Origin: Macrostomum lignano
Taxonomy: Eukaryota
Assembly: GCA_002269645.1 (NCBI GenBank)
Contig: NIVC01001780.1
Location: forward strand, 173,999 to 237,998
Length of the DNA stretch: 64,000 bases
Direction: 5' to 3'
Below the pieces are notes generated by a model. That model was not told the DNA's origin and made no database searches. It saw only the letters and a program-made list of their open reading frames with translations. Position numbers and translations under genes: made by a program. Below, piece after piece: positions 13,009-25,801 of this stretch. The first letter of the stretch is position 1; each line of letters begins with the position of its first letter.

Positions 13009-13423
13009 AGGAATTCTGAGCTGCTCATTTAGCCAGTTAAGATAGTGCACCAAGTCAGTCTGCTCCATCAGGCGGCTGCCCCAGCAGGCGAACTTGGCCA
13101 CAATCCTGGACGCCTGGTTAACAATAAAGCCGTCCTGCCGGTGCAGCAGCGAGAAGAACGGACTCCAGACGTTCTCTTTCCGCTGCTCCATGTAGCGTTT
13201 AAACACATCGACGCGAGTTTTCTCTTCTTGAAGCAAATCGTCCAGCAAAGTGAGCACGTATTGCACAGTTTGATCCTTTGAGATCTTAGCTAGCATGGAG
13301 AAAAATGTGCGAGCGAACTGATCCGAGTTGGCCTCCAGTAGAGCCTTGCGCTGCTCGGGGACGGCCGAGAGAGACTCCAGCTTCACCATGAAGTCGTAGT
13401 CTTCGGGGTCGATCATCTGGCCT
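13009..13423 (-). CDS. ATP6V1H: V-ATPase subunit H, exon 2
   Basis: GQMIDPEDYDF...ISKDQTVQYVLTLLDDLLQE...LHRQDGFIVNQASRIVAKFACWG. GAGCAG| acceptor, |GTGAGA donor. Confidence 0.96.
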
Positions 13424-13554
13424 CTGCTCGGGGTCAGGGGAGGTGAGGGGCGCTGGGCCTGACTTGCGGTACTTGAAATTGGAGGGATTGTCATGTGGGA
13501 AAATAGGTGAGCTGGCATGCTCAGATTGAATTAAACAAAGACAGGCCGATCTAG

Positions 13555-13587
13555 AGTAGACAGAAAGACGGGCAGACAGACAGACAC

Positions 13588-13662
<75 letters not shown>

Positions 13663-13729
13663 CACACACAGACAGACAGACAGACAGACACACACACACA
13701 GACAGACAGCCAGACACTAAGACAGACAC

Positions 13730-13760
<31 letters not shown>

Positions 13761-13913
13761 CACACACACAGACAGACAGACAGACAGAGACAGACAAACA
13801 AACACAGACAGACAGACAGACAGACACACAGACAGACAGACACTAAGACAGACAGACAGACACTAAGACAGACAGACAGACAGACACACACACACAGACA
13901 GACAGACACACAC

Positions 13914-14008
<95 letters not shown>

Positions 14009-14045
14009 CTAAGACAGACAGACAGACACTAAGACAGACAGACAG
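13555..14045. repeat. (GACA)n microsatellite, intronic
   Basis: Directly visible. Confidence 0.97.
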
Positions 14046-14175
14046 GGGACACATAGAAGCAGAAAACAGAAAAATATACAACACCAAACTACAAACCAAG
14101 AACACACAAGACAGATTTGAAAGCCGAACAATAAGCCAGTGAAAATAAATGGAAGCTGTTAAAAGATCAACTCAC

Positions 14176-14255
14176 TGTAGGTAGGACTGCCAGTTAATGC
14201 GGGTGTTGCGCACCTCATTGGCCCGGTGTTGTAACTGGTTTGTGGCAGCATACAT
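14176..14255 (-). CDS. ATP6V1H: V-ATPase subunit H, exon 1 (not in the ORF track); the six exons total 1407 nt = 468 aa + stop
   Basis: MYAATNQLQHRANEVRNTRINWQSYL(Q) resembles the conserved AEVRANKVNWQSYLQGQM N-terminus. |GTGAGT donor, phase 2 joins exon 2. Confidence 0.93.
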
Positions 14256-17200
14256 GCCTAAAATTGTCGTAAACCAACAAAGGTGTTATTTTCATTATTT
14301 AAATTTTAACAACTTTTAAAATTAAAAAAAATTTTCTAATTTTTTAGACTAGCCAAATTTTTGACAAAACAAACATTAAGAAAATATTTTAAGATTCTCA
14401 CAATGTTATCGACACTTAGAGTATTTGTAATAATTATATTATTTGTTTTAACATGCTTATTTGCAATTCTCTTACTAAACAATTTGCCAAGGGCACCAAG
14501 GTTTGTTTGGGGCTATAATGGATATAAAAGATATCCAGTTGAAAATGGATTTTATAGCTAACACTTCTTGTGCACCTTCTGATATTTTGTGGACTGGATT
14601 AGAACTTTGATTCAATGATTTATTTGAGCATGCTATTAGTAAGTTCAATTTATATATTAGTAAGTAACAATTTAAAAGCCTTTTTAACTTTACTAAAATA
14701 CAATATTAGGCCATAATAATAGTTTAAATTTTATTTATTTACTTCTAAAAGGTACCAACAAACTCAGGTTTTGGTTGAGTCAAGTACTTTAGAAAACTTT
14801 GGGAGTTTAAGCTGAGTATTAAAGTTGAGTTTTGTCAAGTAGAGTGAAGTTAAATTGTCAATAAGTATGATTTCCATGTAATGTGCATTACATTATGCTA
14901 GTATAAGGCATATGATAGATAAACATAAGGCCATTAGTAGCAGAATGTTTTTACTATTAGAGGAAAAATTTAGTGAGTGGTTTTTTTGGATCCAGGTAAA
15001 CTCGTCAACTTTTTATTCATCAACTGTGTTGATGAGTTTATCACAGTTTGCATAGCACTTAAGTAATGTGCAGTATAATAAAGTGAATAGAAGTAAGAAA
15101 TGCAAACAAAAGGAAAAGCAATAAAGTTTTAACATATACATGTAGAAAAAGTTTTTTAAGTATTAATTTTAGGTTGAATTAAATTTATTAAAACTGATTA
15201 AAATTAAAATTGATTAAGATTGCCAGGATCCTGCCTTATAGAATTTTGGTCCCTTGACATATAAGATTCTTGGTTTCATTGTTTGCATTGTTATAAATTG
15301 TCACAATTGACAATTGTCATGTCCTATGCCTAAAAACTAGCATTACAATGACATTGCTCTGCTAACATAAATGCCTAACACCTGGTTACCTGTCCAAACC
15401 AGACAGGTGAAATGGCTGCCAGCCAAGGTAAGTTGCAAAATTAAAAATGCAAAAAAATGGAGGAAGATAGAAAGGAGAGGAAAAGAAAAGGAAAAGAAAG
15501 AAGGGATAAGAGAGGGAAGGGAAAGAGGAGAGAGAAAGACAAAGAGAAGAAAAGAGAAAAGGGCAAGAAAAATCATATACAAAGTAAAAATTAAGTTGCA
15601 ATTAAGGGAACTTAGTTTCTCCAGATTGCAACTTAGTTCCTCCCGATTGTGACTAAGTCACAAAACTAGACAAATCTAAGTCACACTGGACAGGTAAAAT
15701 TTTGAGGTTGGGTATGTATATCTACTCATTGGCCAGACTCTGGAGGGTTACATATATGCCAAAAAATTCTGGCATACAAATGACACCTTTAAAAGTTGGC
15801 ATACAAATTTTGGCATACAAATTTTGGTAAAGAATTGATGCTATGCATGGAAATTTTAATGTAATTGTAAATTAATGCTTTAAAATAAAATAAAGGAAAA
15901 TTTGTATAGTGTATATACAGCCAGTAATTTACTTTTTGCTTCTGTAAATTTAACATAATTAAAAATTAGTAAAAGTTATTGATAAAAATCTAGATTTTGC
16001 ATTATTATTTTTATAAGTATAATTTAAGTTTGTTTAAAAACAAAAATATTTGTAATATTTTAAAAAATATTTTTTGTACAAAAGCTTTGCTTAGAAAACT
16101 CAACTTATGAAAACTAAATGACCTTTTTTAGGGCAAATTTTTAGTATACATTTTTAAAAGGCTTTTTTTTGTTTTTGATGTACATTGGCATACATTTAGC
16201 CAAGATAGGATTCTTGTTCTGTGTATACTATTACACAATCCAAACCTTGGCTCATTGGTTTCATCATATATGTGCAACCTTGGGAATCACTTAGTTGTTT
16301 CTATTGGCAACATATACATATAAGTTGTTATTAGCTAAGAGCAATCACGTGATTATTATTCTGTCTAATAGCGACTGTGTTGCTAATGTGTTGCTAATAG
16401 AAATAGCTAGATGAATCCCTAGGTTGTACCCAAGCATACATGCGCAACAGTCGGCCGAGTCGGCCGATTTGGCCAACCAATTTGGCAGCCAACCAAGGAA
16501 GTTGCAAAAATGCCCACCCAAAAAACACCCAAGTAGTAGTACTAAGTAGCTGATGAGGCATTTTGGCTTAATAAGACAGTCATAGTTACCCCTGCCGTTT
16601 ACCTAAAGTTGCCTTAATTTTGCTTTAGGGTTTTTTACATGTAAGTCACATTTTTAGCCAAAAACTACTTCGAATTTTTGTTAAAACTAAGTTGCACAGC
16701 CAACTGAATTTTGGAGGTTGTGCATGTATGTACATAAGCATGGGTTTTATGAATCTATTATTATATCTATGCATTTAGACTGCCACTGCAGATATTGCAT
16801 TATACTAAGGAATTTATCATTTGACAAATTTACCATGAATGGCTAGGCCAGTTAACAAAAAAAAGTTGACGAGTTTACCAGTACCCATTTTATAGAGGCA
16901 TTAAATAAGATAAAAATGTATAATTAAAAAATATATAATTAGTTTGTTTATAAGTGTATATATACACATATATATATATATGCTACATCTTTAGTTTAGT
17001 TTTAATAGAAGCTTATATAGTGTAAAAATTAAAATTATTAAAAGGTTTATTTATTATTGCAACTGCAAAAAGGTCCTTTATTGTTACAACTGCAATTGGT
17101 ATTATCAAAGTATATTTACTAGTATCAATATGCATTGGTTCAAAGCACTTAGCATGATCTAGACTATAGACTTTGGATCATCTAGAACTAATAGGTGCCT

Positions 17201-17283
17201 TATATACCCAAAAATTAGGTAGGCCTAGAGCATTAGCCTTGTATGCCAAAAGTTAGGGATATACAATTGACATGCACAGTTGG

Positions 17284-17578
17284 CAATGGCTAGAGTTCTG
17301 GCACCGGAATGGAACCCATTTTTTAATGGCTATGGATCCAGTAATCATATTCCAATAGTGCAATTTATGGGTAAAATATAGCAGAAACATTTTACTTTTT
17401 AATTAGTGGTTGATATTGAGATTAGTTCAAAAGAAGATCAAAATGAAATGATAAGATTCAAATCAAGATACTTCTAATGTTCAAGACTTCATTAGTAGAT
17501 AACTGCTTGCAGAAGACTGCCACTCTAGATCAATAGCCATTAGAAAATAGGTTCCTATGCCGGAACCCTAGCCATTAC
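17284..17578. mobile_element. Degenerate MITE-like element (~50-bp inverted termini)
   Basis: CAATGGCTAGAGTTCTGGC...GGAACCCATTTTTTAATGGCTAT is inverted at ATAGCCATTAGAAAATAGGTTCC...GCCGGAACCCTAGCCATT. Confidence 0.55.
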
Positions 17579-17696
17579 TGCATAGACACCTGGCATGCAC
17601 TTCATAGAATCATGTGGAAGAGTTAGTATTTAGTAGAAAAAAATATAGAAATAAGGCATTTAAACTATAGGCCTAGTTGTAGATAGTATAAACAAG

Positions 17697-18378
17697 GGGT
17701 ACTAGTTGTTTGAATGACAAGTTGTTTCGATAACAGACATTTAGGTGACAAATAGTCTTTTCGGTAACAAGTTGCTTTTGTGATAAACACATCATTTTTA
17801 TGAAAAAATTAAACATTTCATGAATATTGACATTTTAGTGATAAGAGGCGCTTTATAATATTAGCTAGTAGTAATTTTGTTAAGATTTATGTTTCATACT
17901 ATATTTAAAAATTTTTGTCAAAAGATTGATACATATAAGAAAAGAAAAATCAAACTAATTATTTTGTTTTCTTCTTGTGCAGATCATTTTGAATTAACCC
18001 AGAGTATTCAGTTACATAAACCATAATAAACCTAATAGAGAATCCTCATGAAATTCTAACTACAAAAAAGCAGAGATATTCACAGGATGTTGACTACATT
18101 TAGATTAGAGAACATAATTCAAAAAACCACAACTTTGTAATTGTGAATAAAAAAAATCAAATAAAGCAATTACTTTACCATTTCAAAAAATTATAAAATT
18201 TTAGGTTCTATAATAGACTATATCCCTTAAGATTTGTGCAAAAATAAAAGGTAATTTTCTGTTTAAAAACAGAATAGCTATCACTAAAAGGGTATTTTTC
18301 TTGTCATCGAAATGACTTTTGCTTGTCACCAAAAGGACAATTACCAAAATGTCTTGTCACCAAAACAACTGTAATCCT
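17697..18378. mobile_element. Degenerate MITE-like element with subterminal TGACAAG repeats
   Basis: The left end carries repeated (GG)TGACAA motifs and the right end carries their reverse complement CTTGTCA(CC). Confidence 0.4.
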
Positions 18379-18859
18379 AAACAAGAAAGATAAACAAGCA
18401 GCCAAATTATCTGCCAAAAAGATGATTTATGAAACACAAAAAACCTTCCCCTATACAAAAAAGGTCATTTGCCATGGCGATGCAAAAAACTAAAAAGGTT
18501 ATTTATTATTGCAATGCTTGCATAGGACTAGCCATAGATTTGAGTGTAGGCATGCCATAGTCCTGTAGTCAAGATCATACACGCACAACCCCCTTGATTT
18601 ACACTGGCCATGCGACTTACCTTTTTGACCAAAAATGCAACTTACCTATAAAAGAAACTCTAACGCAATTTTGGGTAAACAGTAACTTGTAAGAGTAACT
18701 ATGACTATCTTATAAGGGCTAAATGCCTTGTCATCTAATTAGTATTATGTCTATTCTTTAGCCTAAAGTTTAGGCTAGGCATTTTTGCGACTTACCCCTG
18801 GTCCACCACAATTTACGGTGGCTAGATCGGCTAGGTCGACCAGCAGTTACGCATGTATG

Positions 18860-19397
18860 GTACAGATCATGCTGGGTGCATGCCCAAACAAAAATTGAAC
18901 AATTATAAATGCACGCCAAAAAATTGAGTGCATGCCATTTGTCAAAAATATGCCAGTATTGTGAGACCCCTACTAACAGATAATTTAGTTGATTTTTATG
19001 CTTTTTTGGCAATATTATTCATAGCAGAAAATTGATACACACAAACATCTATTGAAATGCTTATTTACGAGCTTGAAAAAATAGGAAAGTTTGAAATTTA
19101 ACTTTTTTCAGTTTTTTTCTATTTCGCAATAACTCTTACACGTGAATGTATAAATTGTATACCAGGTATGCACACATACTTTTTTCCCACAAGTGATGCA
19201 GGCCAATTGTGCATGCTTAATTTTGGTGTGCAAGGCCAATGCCGGATCATGTTATCTGTATCTGCATATGTTATGCAGATATGTTATGCAGAGTTATCTG
19301 CATATTTGCATGTTATCTGCATGCACTAATTATTTGGCATGCATTAGTAACTATTCAATATTTGTTTGGGTGTGCAACAAGCATGATCCAGACTAGG
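18860..19397. mobile_element. Degenerate MITE-like element (~70-bp inverted arms)
   Basis: GATCATGCTGGGTGCATGCCCAAACAAAAATTGAAC vs TTCAATATTTGTTTGGGTGTGCAACAAGCATGATC. The ORF track shows the same pseudo-peptide on opposite strands. Confidence 0.6.
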
Positions 19398-21287
19398 CCC
19401 CAATGCACTTAAAGGCTCAAAAATATAAATTATAAATTCAGATCAAATTATTTTATATTTCACCTACCAATTTTATCAATGTCTTCAATGTGTCCATTGA
19501 ATGTGTCCATGCGCAGCAAAGTAGAAACACTTCCTTCTGTTGCATTCTGGCTTAACTGTGTATAGGACATATTTACGCGAGAAAATGGTTAATAAATATA
19601 TAAGGAATTGGGGCGATATATCAGAAGAAGACAACGCAAATGGAATCGATATTATTTAGAAAAACACAAGTCAAAAAATTTGATCATGTTTCTTAGTTTG
19701 AACTTTTTTCACTAAGTTAAACAAATATATAAGCATAATTGTCAGCTGCAATAATTATAAAGGGGCACTTTCTCAAGCTATATGCAATATTAATTTGCGC
19801 AAAACACATTTGCGTGCAGCATGTACAGTGTACGTGTACATTGTTGTTCCTTGTACTAAACGCGATAAAATAAAAGAAATGCATGTACACAGTCCTGAAA
19901 ACGTGTGCAACCCTAAATTAGAAATCCCTAAACTCGATCTATTTTATCTCTGGCACCGACAAGCGCACGGGCATACATGCATATGTATGTACTGCGCACA
20001 TGCATGCTGCATGAATGTGTTCGGCTGTGCTGTACTGTTGTGGCGTCTACAGGCCTGGCCATCAGCATCATATACATGTACATGTAGGCAACGGACATGC
20101 ATCCTACGAAATCATGTTAACTTCAAATTGAATGAAGTACTAAAAACAAATGATCGAACATGTTAAACGAGCAAATTAAGCTGCTGATATCCGGCCACTC
20201 GCTTTTCTATCAGCACTTCTTGGAATCATTTAGAAGTATTGCAGAATTGCAGCCTTTAATTATTGATGCATGTCGTCTGCATGGCAGAGCCCGACAGTCT
20301 TCAAAGTGTTTTTACCACTGATCCCGACACTATATAGCCGCAATGGCAATCAACGTACAGCAGGCGGAGGTCGACGTCGGCATATAGCCACAAGGGAGAC
20401 ACTCTTCGCTAGACGCGCGTCGACAAACGCATTTTTGCAGCAGAAAAAGTTATCGTCGCACACATGATATGTATGCAAATACATGTATTAATTGTTTCAA
20501 ATTCGAAATTAGTTTGTATTTTTTAAACTAATCAGCAAAAAATTAAAACGTGTTTGATAAATTATAGAAAACCTGGTAGCTAGGTATAACCATCCACTTT
20601 ATTGTATTCAATATGATTCAGCTAGTTACAAACAGAAGTAAAATCTCATTAGGTACTAACCAAAGGGAAATATATATGCAAACTGATCGCTAGTTATTTG
20701 TGCGATGATTTTTCAATTCCATTTAATTGACGCGATTGCGAAAACTTATCTATGTATTTATAGTTGGGTTTAATAAACACGTAAAAACTGACACAACATA
20801 AACATTACTCGTACATAGATTTTGTACCCTCTTATAAAATATCTGGTGTTGCTAGAGCTAGTTTGGTGCAATGTTGATTTTGAGGTGCGGATCAATCAAA
20901 AAAATAAAATTACAAGCTAAAGCTAAACACGAAAAGGACGTGACAAAAACAAATTAAGATATAGATGTACGTTTTTTATGAAGCATTGTTTCTTTGTTTC
21001 GGTGTTTCAAACTTTTGGTGTGTATTACGTAACGCAAAAACGCAGCTTACTTGTATCTAATATATGAAATATTTGTATAGTTTTGCTTTATACAGTATAA
21101 GGTGCAGTTCCTAGGGTACATTGTGCATGGAGCGCAAGTATTTTTGTACGTCGTAGAAAAATAGTATTAGATGTAATATTAGAAAAATTAATTTCAAATT
21201 TAAGCCGCGAATTGAAAACATGATTTTTAAAGTTCGTCTACTGACAAGACTGACAAATAGTCGAATTAGAAATATAATTCTTAGAGT

Positions 21288-21607
21288 CTGGGGGCATCGC
21301 CACCTGGGGCTACAGGGGTGGACATGTCCTCCCAGTAAAAGCTGTGGTTGGCATGCCAATGCTTTGTCCCCCCACCCACCTTGTTTTTTACCCTAGGAAA
21401 CGAATAAGTTTGCTTCAGGGCGCCAAAATAAGTTTTGTCCGCGGAGCTAAAACGAGTGTCTGTGGAGCTAAAATGAGTGCTTGAGGAGCTAAAACGAGTG
21501 TCTGCGGAGCTAAAATGAGTGTCTGACTGCGGCGCCAAAAGAATCAAATTTAGTCATTTTTCTTGGCTTTGTCCCCCCCCCCATTCACAAGTCCATGGCG
21601 ACGCCCA
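21288..21607 (-). mobile_element. MITE family 'CAGGGGCG', copy with ~4-5 units of the 21-bp internal repeat
   Basis: The end reads TTCTTGGCTTTGTCCCCCCC...TCCATGGCGACGCCC, the reverse complement of the 40711 start, and the internal repeat is the same. Confidence 0.75.
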
Positions 21608-21712
21608 AGTTGCGTAGTGTTTGTGAGCTACTAAGTGTACATGTACATGTAATATAAAGTTATATGTGTGTGAAACAAGCCCTTGCAGTTACAAATCGCA
21701 GTTCTCGATCTG

Positions 21713-22864
21713 TCAGGCTGCTCGATCTGGAGCTTGAGCCACGTTAGCACGGCCGCCTGCTGCGTTCGACTCCCGATGAGACATCAAATCTGCCATCAGA
21801 TTTGAAAAGTACACACGAAATTGCGGATTTCGCCGCATTACTATTGGAAAACTGCATGACTGGCCGATCAAAGACAGGGATCCAATGATAGCTAGAGAGT
21901 TCACCATTGTCCGCGAGGTATCATCAGTTGGATCAGCAGAGTAACCCCGGATTGTCAGGGCCCAGTAGAGAGCGACGGTAGGAAGCTGAGCAACCAATCT
22001 CACCATTGCCAAGAGTAGCACAACGATGGCTCCGTTTACTCCGTCGTGTCCTGGCGGCCCGTTTGCACTGCTGGGTGCATTGGCATGCCTTTCGAGGTTG
22101 TGCTTTCTTGCCCAGACAAGTCTCGTAATGAAGAACAGCAGGCCCAGATTCAGTAGCAGAACCATAACCAGAATTACAGTTGGCGGATTGCAGATTAGAC
22201 TCCAGTAGAGCAAGGCAAGATTGTCGTTCGTTTCGAAGAAGCAGGCCACGATTATGCTTCCATTTGAGTTTGTAAAAGACCTTCGTTTGCCAGCTAAGAT
22301 AGGCGGTATGGACAGCAAAGCCGATGCGAGCACAGCTACCAGCATTGCCCGCAAGGCGGTCTTAGGACCAAAAGTTCTGAATCGAAACGGCGCCAAGAAT
22401 GACATTGTTCTGTCAGCTACCATCATCAATAGTACCGATGCGGACATCAACGGGCAGACAGTGATGATTGCCATGTACATTTTGCAGCCCAAATATCCGT
22501 CATTCTGCATGATGTAGCCAACAGTGCCACCGCTGAGCCAGGGAAGTCCTCTGCTCAAAAAGAAGTTCACTAAGCCGAACACAGGCATGGATACAGAGTC
22601 TACAAGAGCGACACCGCCAACGTAGACATTCTGCCGATTGATGGGTCGGATTTTTACCAGCATGCCGTAGGCAACAAAGCCGTTACCAAGGAAACCAAGA
22701 AGGATGATGAGCGGAAGCAGACAGCCGCAGGCAATACCCGCTATCTTGGCCGTGATGCAACGAATCTGCCTAACCGAGTCGCCTCCAAAGCATTCGACTA
22801 GCAGGATGAACATGTTGTGATAGTAGATTATTCCACCCGAGGAGCTGGCCGACGTCGAATTCAT
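21713..22864 (-). CDS. Intronless class A (rhodopsin-like) orphan GPCR, 383 aa
   Basis: Seven hydrophobic segments: TM1 GFLGN, TM2 ALVD, Cys at the start of TM3, DRT in place of DRY, TM4 SIP, TM6 QLP, TM7 SFPIV followed by helix 8 NPQFR. Confidence 0.88.
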   Translation of the reverse strand: MNSTSASSSGGIIYYHNMFILLVECFGGDSVRQIRCITAKIAGIACGCLLPLIILLGFLGNGFVAYGMLVKIRPINRQNVYVGGVALVDSVSMPVFGLVNFFLSRGLPWLSGGTVGYIMQNDGYLGCKMYMAIITVCPLMSASVLLMMVADRTMSFLAPFRFRTFGPKTALRAMLVAVLASALLSIPPILAGKRRSFTNSNGSIIVACFFETNDNLALLYWSLICNPPTVILVMVLLLNLGLLFFITRLVWARKHNLERHANAPSSANGPPGHDGVNGAIVVLLLAMVRLVAQLPTVALYWALTIRGYSADPTDDTSRTMVNSLAIIGSLSLIGQSCSFPIVMRRNPQFRVYFSNLMADLMSHRESNAAGGRANVAQAPDRAA

Positions 22865-23535
22865 GGTGGGTACTTTTCTACGGAAAATTGTTTTAAACGA
22901 GAAAAACTGATGAAACTAAAGACTTACGCGTTTGAAGATGAATTAAGACAGCTTCTGCCGTTCGTGGTTTCCTTCTAGCCCTTGGACCAGTCAAGCCAGG
23001 TTTAGCAAGTTCCAGTTTTCCCATTTTATAGGATAATGGAAAACTATTGGACACTTTAATTGGGACGGTTTTTGTCTGTTGCCTATTTCGGTAATGGATG
23101 TTTTCACTAGTCCAGTAGTACTGCATGTAGTCCTAGTCAGGAACAAATCTCCTCCAAAGTATAATTAGTCCGTCTAAAATTTTCATCAGTGCCATAGGGA
23201 CTCTGACAGTTCTAATTAGTTTTTAATAGCTCTAATAAATGAACTCGACATGCTGGTTGTGCCAAAACACGGGGCCATCATTTAATTGCTCTATAGCTCT
23301 AGGTAAGTCTAGGAGTCTGAATTGAATTACGAGGTATTTTCACTTGACCAATCAATCCGACTAAGTGATCGACTTTTTAATTTATTAGATGCTGTTTATT
23401 TCAGTTTAATTGCGACAACTCAACCAGTTTGGATAATTATTCTGTAGCTGGTTTTATTAACAAATTCTCCCTTGCTTCAACACTCTGCCTTTTGCCATTG
23501 AAAATATGAAATCAAAGGTCGAAAAACAGACCTAA

Positions 23536-24071
23536 GGCAAGGGCTACTAAAGTAGAAGGACGCCACACTCGAAATCTATGAAAAAAATGTTTTGAAGGCC
23601 ATTTTCTCCGAAAAATACACTCTGGAGATGGAAAGTTTTAATTTTTGTCAGCACAAAATTGCTATTGCTTTCGATAGTTCATATTTTGATATGTTGTGCC
23701 TTTTTCATAGCTCTATTGATATTCATAAAGCTTTTCGTTAAAAAAATAGAATTCTGTGTCAATTTGTTATTTAATGTACATTTCCTTTCACCTAAAAATC
23801 ATAAAAATGCGTGGCACAGCTCGAATCTAGAATCCTAATTTTCTGAACGTAAAGCTTTATGAATGTCAATAGAGCTAAGTAAGGCACAGCATATAAAAAA
23901 AATAAACACTGGGTCTGTCTCCTATCGAAAGCAATAACGAATTTTGTGCTGAAAAAATGAAAGCTTCCTATCTCCGTAGTGTATTTTTCGGCGAAAATAG
24001 GCCTTCAAAACTTTTCCCATGAAACGTGAGTGTTGCGTCCTGTACATACGTTGCTTTAGTTGTCATTGACC
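23536..24071. mobile_element. Tourist/PIF-Harbinger-like MITE with ~200-bp inverted arms
   Basis: Long imperfect IR (23560-23735 vs 23850-24040), termini GG...CC, and TAA on both flanks (23533-35, 24072-74). A related arm occurs at 59722-60001. Confidence 0.7.
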
Positions 24072-24977
24072 TAAGGTATAGCGGCACAATGCCAGATTCT
24101 TGACTGATTGCAACCATAAGCCATAAGTCAGTTCTCAAAAGCCGATCAGCTGCAGAAGCCGCTATCAGCCAATTGAGCCCATTTATAGCCCAGCTCTTCG
24201 AGTTGGTGTCGGTGCCCGTTCCAGAGCCAGTCCAAACAGAGCCACAAGGCAACTGCCACTCGCTCCTCCTGGGGGTCAGTGGACTGAAGCAAAACGAGTG
24301 TGAAAGCGGTTTTTACAAATCGAAGGTTATATGTATGAATTATGAGTTCTTGGCTCACAGAATCAATGCATGAGGCCGCCGAGGGTTCTGTCTGTTCATC
24401 CTGGTTCCTCTTCGTGCGTGGAGTATCGGAGGACCTGATCAGGAGTCAATTTGACTGTTCCTTAAGGACTCTGATGGTGATTCTTGTAGTGCTAATTAAC
24501 TCTGCTTAGCTTTAAAAAAGTCGTCCAGTCTAGATTCTGAGTACTCTGCATTCGTGTCTATCAGACAGATTGGGTGTTGCAGTTGAGCGGAGAATGTATA
24601 CAGTCAAGTCTGTTTTCGATTCCGAGACAGCTGCCAGAGGGTTGAGCCATAGACTAAGTTTCATGAGAAGAAGATCTTGTAGATGTCCCTGGAAGACAGT
24701 GAAAGATAATTAGACTTTTTCACTTTAATCTGAGGAGGGCCGATACAGAGTTTTGTTTACAAAGCACTCTGATCTGCTTACTACTCGTACGTCCAGATAA
24801 TCTTTCTACCAACTTTTTGTTTGTCAAGATTATAGATGAGTATGGGAAATTTGAGACTAAATTTTATCTATTGATTCCCTGAAAAATTATTGTTCACGGT
24901 CTGATTTTCTTGTAATAGAAGTTCGATTTATTCAGACTACTCAGACTCAAAAGCTTTCCTTACTAACCACACTGTAC

Positions 24978-25345
24978 TCACAGAGGTTTAAAACCTTCAT
25001 CTTTCCTGCACCGCTGCAGGCACTCTCGCAGCACAAGCCACTGAGCCAGACGAACGGCTACCAGCAACGGTAGACGCCTCATCTCCGTTCTACTCAGAGG
25101 CAACTCGGACATAAATCCTCGGATTAGCGGTCCAACCACGGATCGAAACGGATCTACGATTGCCGGCGAGTGAGCACTCGACAGTTGGAGAAGTCTTCTA
25201 CTGGCCAGCATGACTTGCAGAGCCAAGTCGAAGGACCCCCGTCCGGAGACGGACTGCAGCCACGGTCGGACTGCCTCCGCGCTCTCGATTGTGGCAGACG
25301 GCTTGGTGATGTTGTCAACACGTGGATACTGCCACATGCCTGCTG
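24978..25345 (-). pseudogene. Degraded aminoglycoside-phosphotransferase / hydroxylysine-kinase-like fragment
   Basis: FDLAL...GPLIRGFMSELPLSRTEMRRLPLLVAVRLAQWLVL resembles the HYKK C-terminus (GHVLAGFESxxPLTxxExxALFLLVxSRFxQSLV). The HGDLNxxN and DFGD motifs appear eroded or deleted (IH/VDNI in different frames; VSG runs straight into RGSFD). Confidence 0.4.
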
Positions 25346-25801
25346 CGTCCTCTGGAGTAAGAGCAGAACCAATTTTAGACTACGAGCTACGATGAGCTAT
25401 GGATTTTCAGACTATACTCGTAAAATGATATTTTAACTGAATTTGTTAGAGTGTACTCTTTCACCCTTAAATAAAATTAGCTTATTTACAATAAATTTGT
25501 TTAAATGATTATAGCTGTCCAGTTTGCATGGGTAGTAGTACCGGATCCTGTAGACCAGATTTCCAAACATGTTGGCCCTGAAATGCGACGCTTCCACGAC
25601 ACTGGCTAGTCAACAATTCAATGCACGCAAGAAGCAACCTATTATAAAGTTCATCCTGTCACTAAATTACAAGTAAAGGATGGATGTCTTACAATAGCAT
25701 ACTCGTAGAGTTAATCATTGTTAAAAAGCTATTAAAAGTACAGTGAAAGTGTAATTATTACTCAAATCAAAACTAAATACATTAATTGATTACACCTGGC
25801 C

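Noticed and set aside
16545-16600. Hammerhead core CTGATGA (also 6164, 8424, 34800, 48771)
   Set aside because: No matching GAAA with the required flanking stems.
24100-24950. Moderately GC-rich stretches with short open frames (also 26050-26460 and 29000-30300)
   Set aside because: No recognisable domain or consistent splice model; probably decayed repeats or genes.
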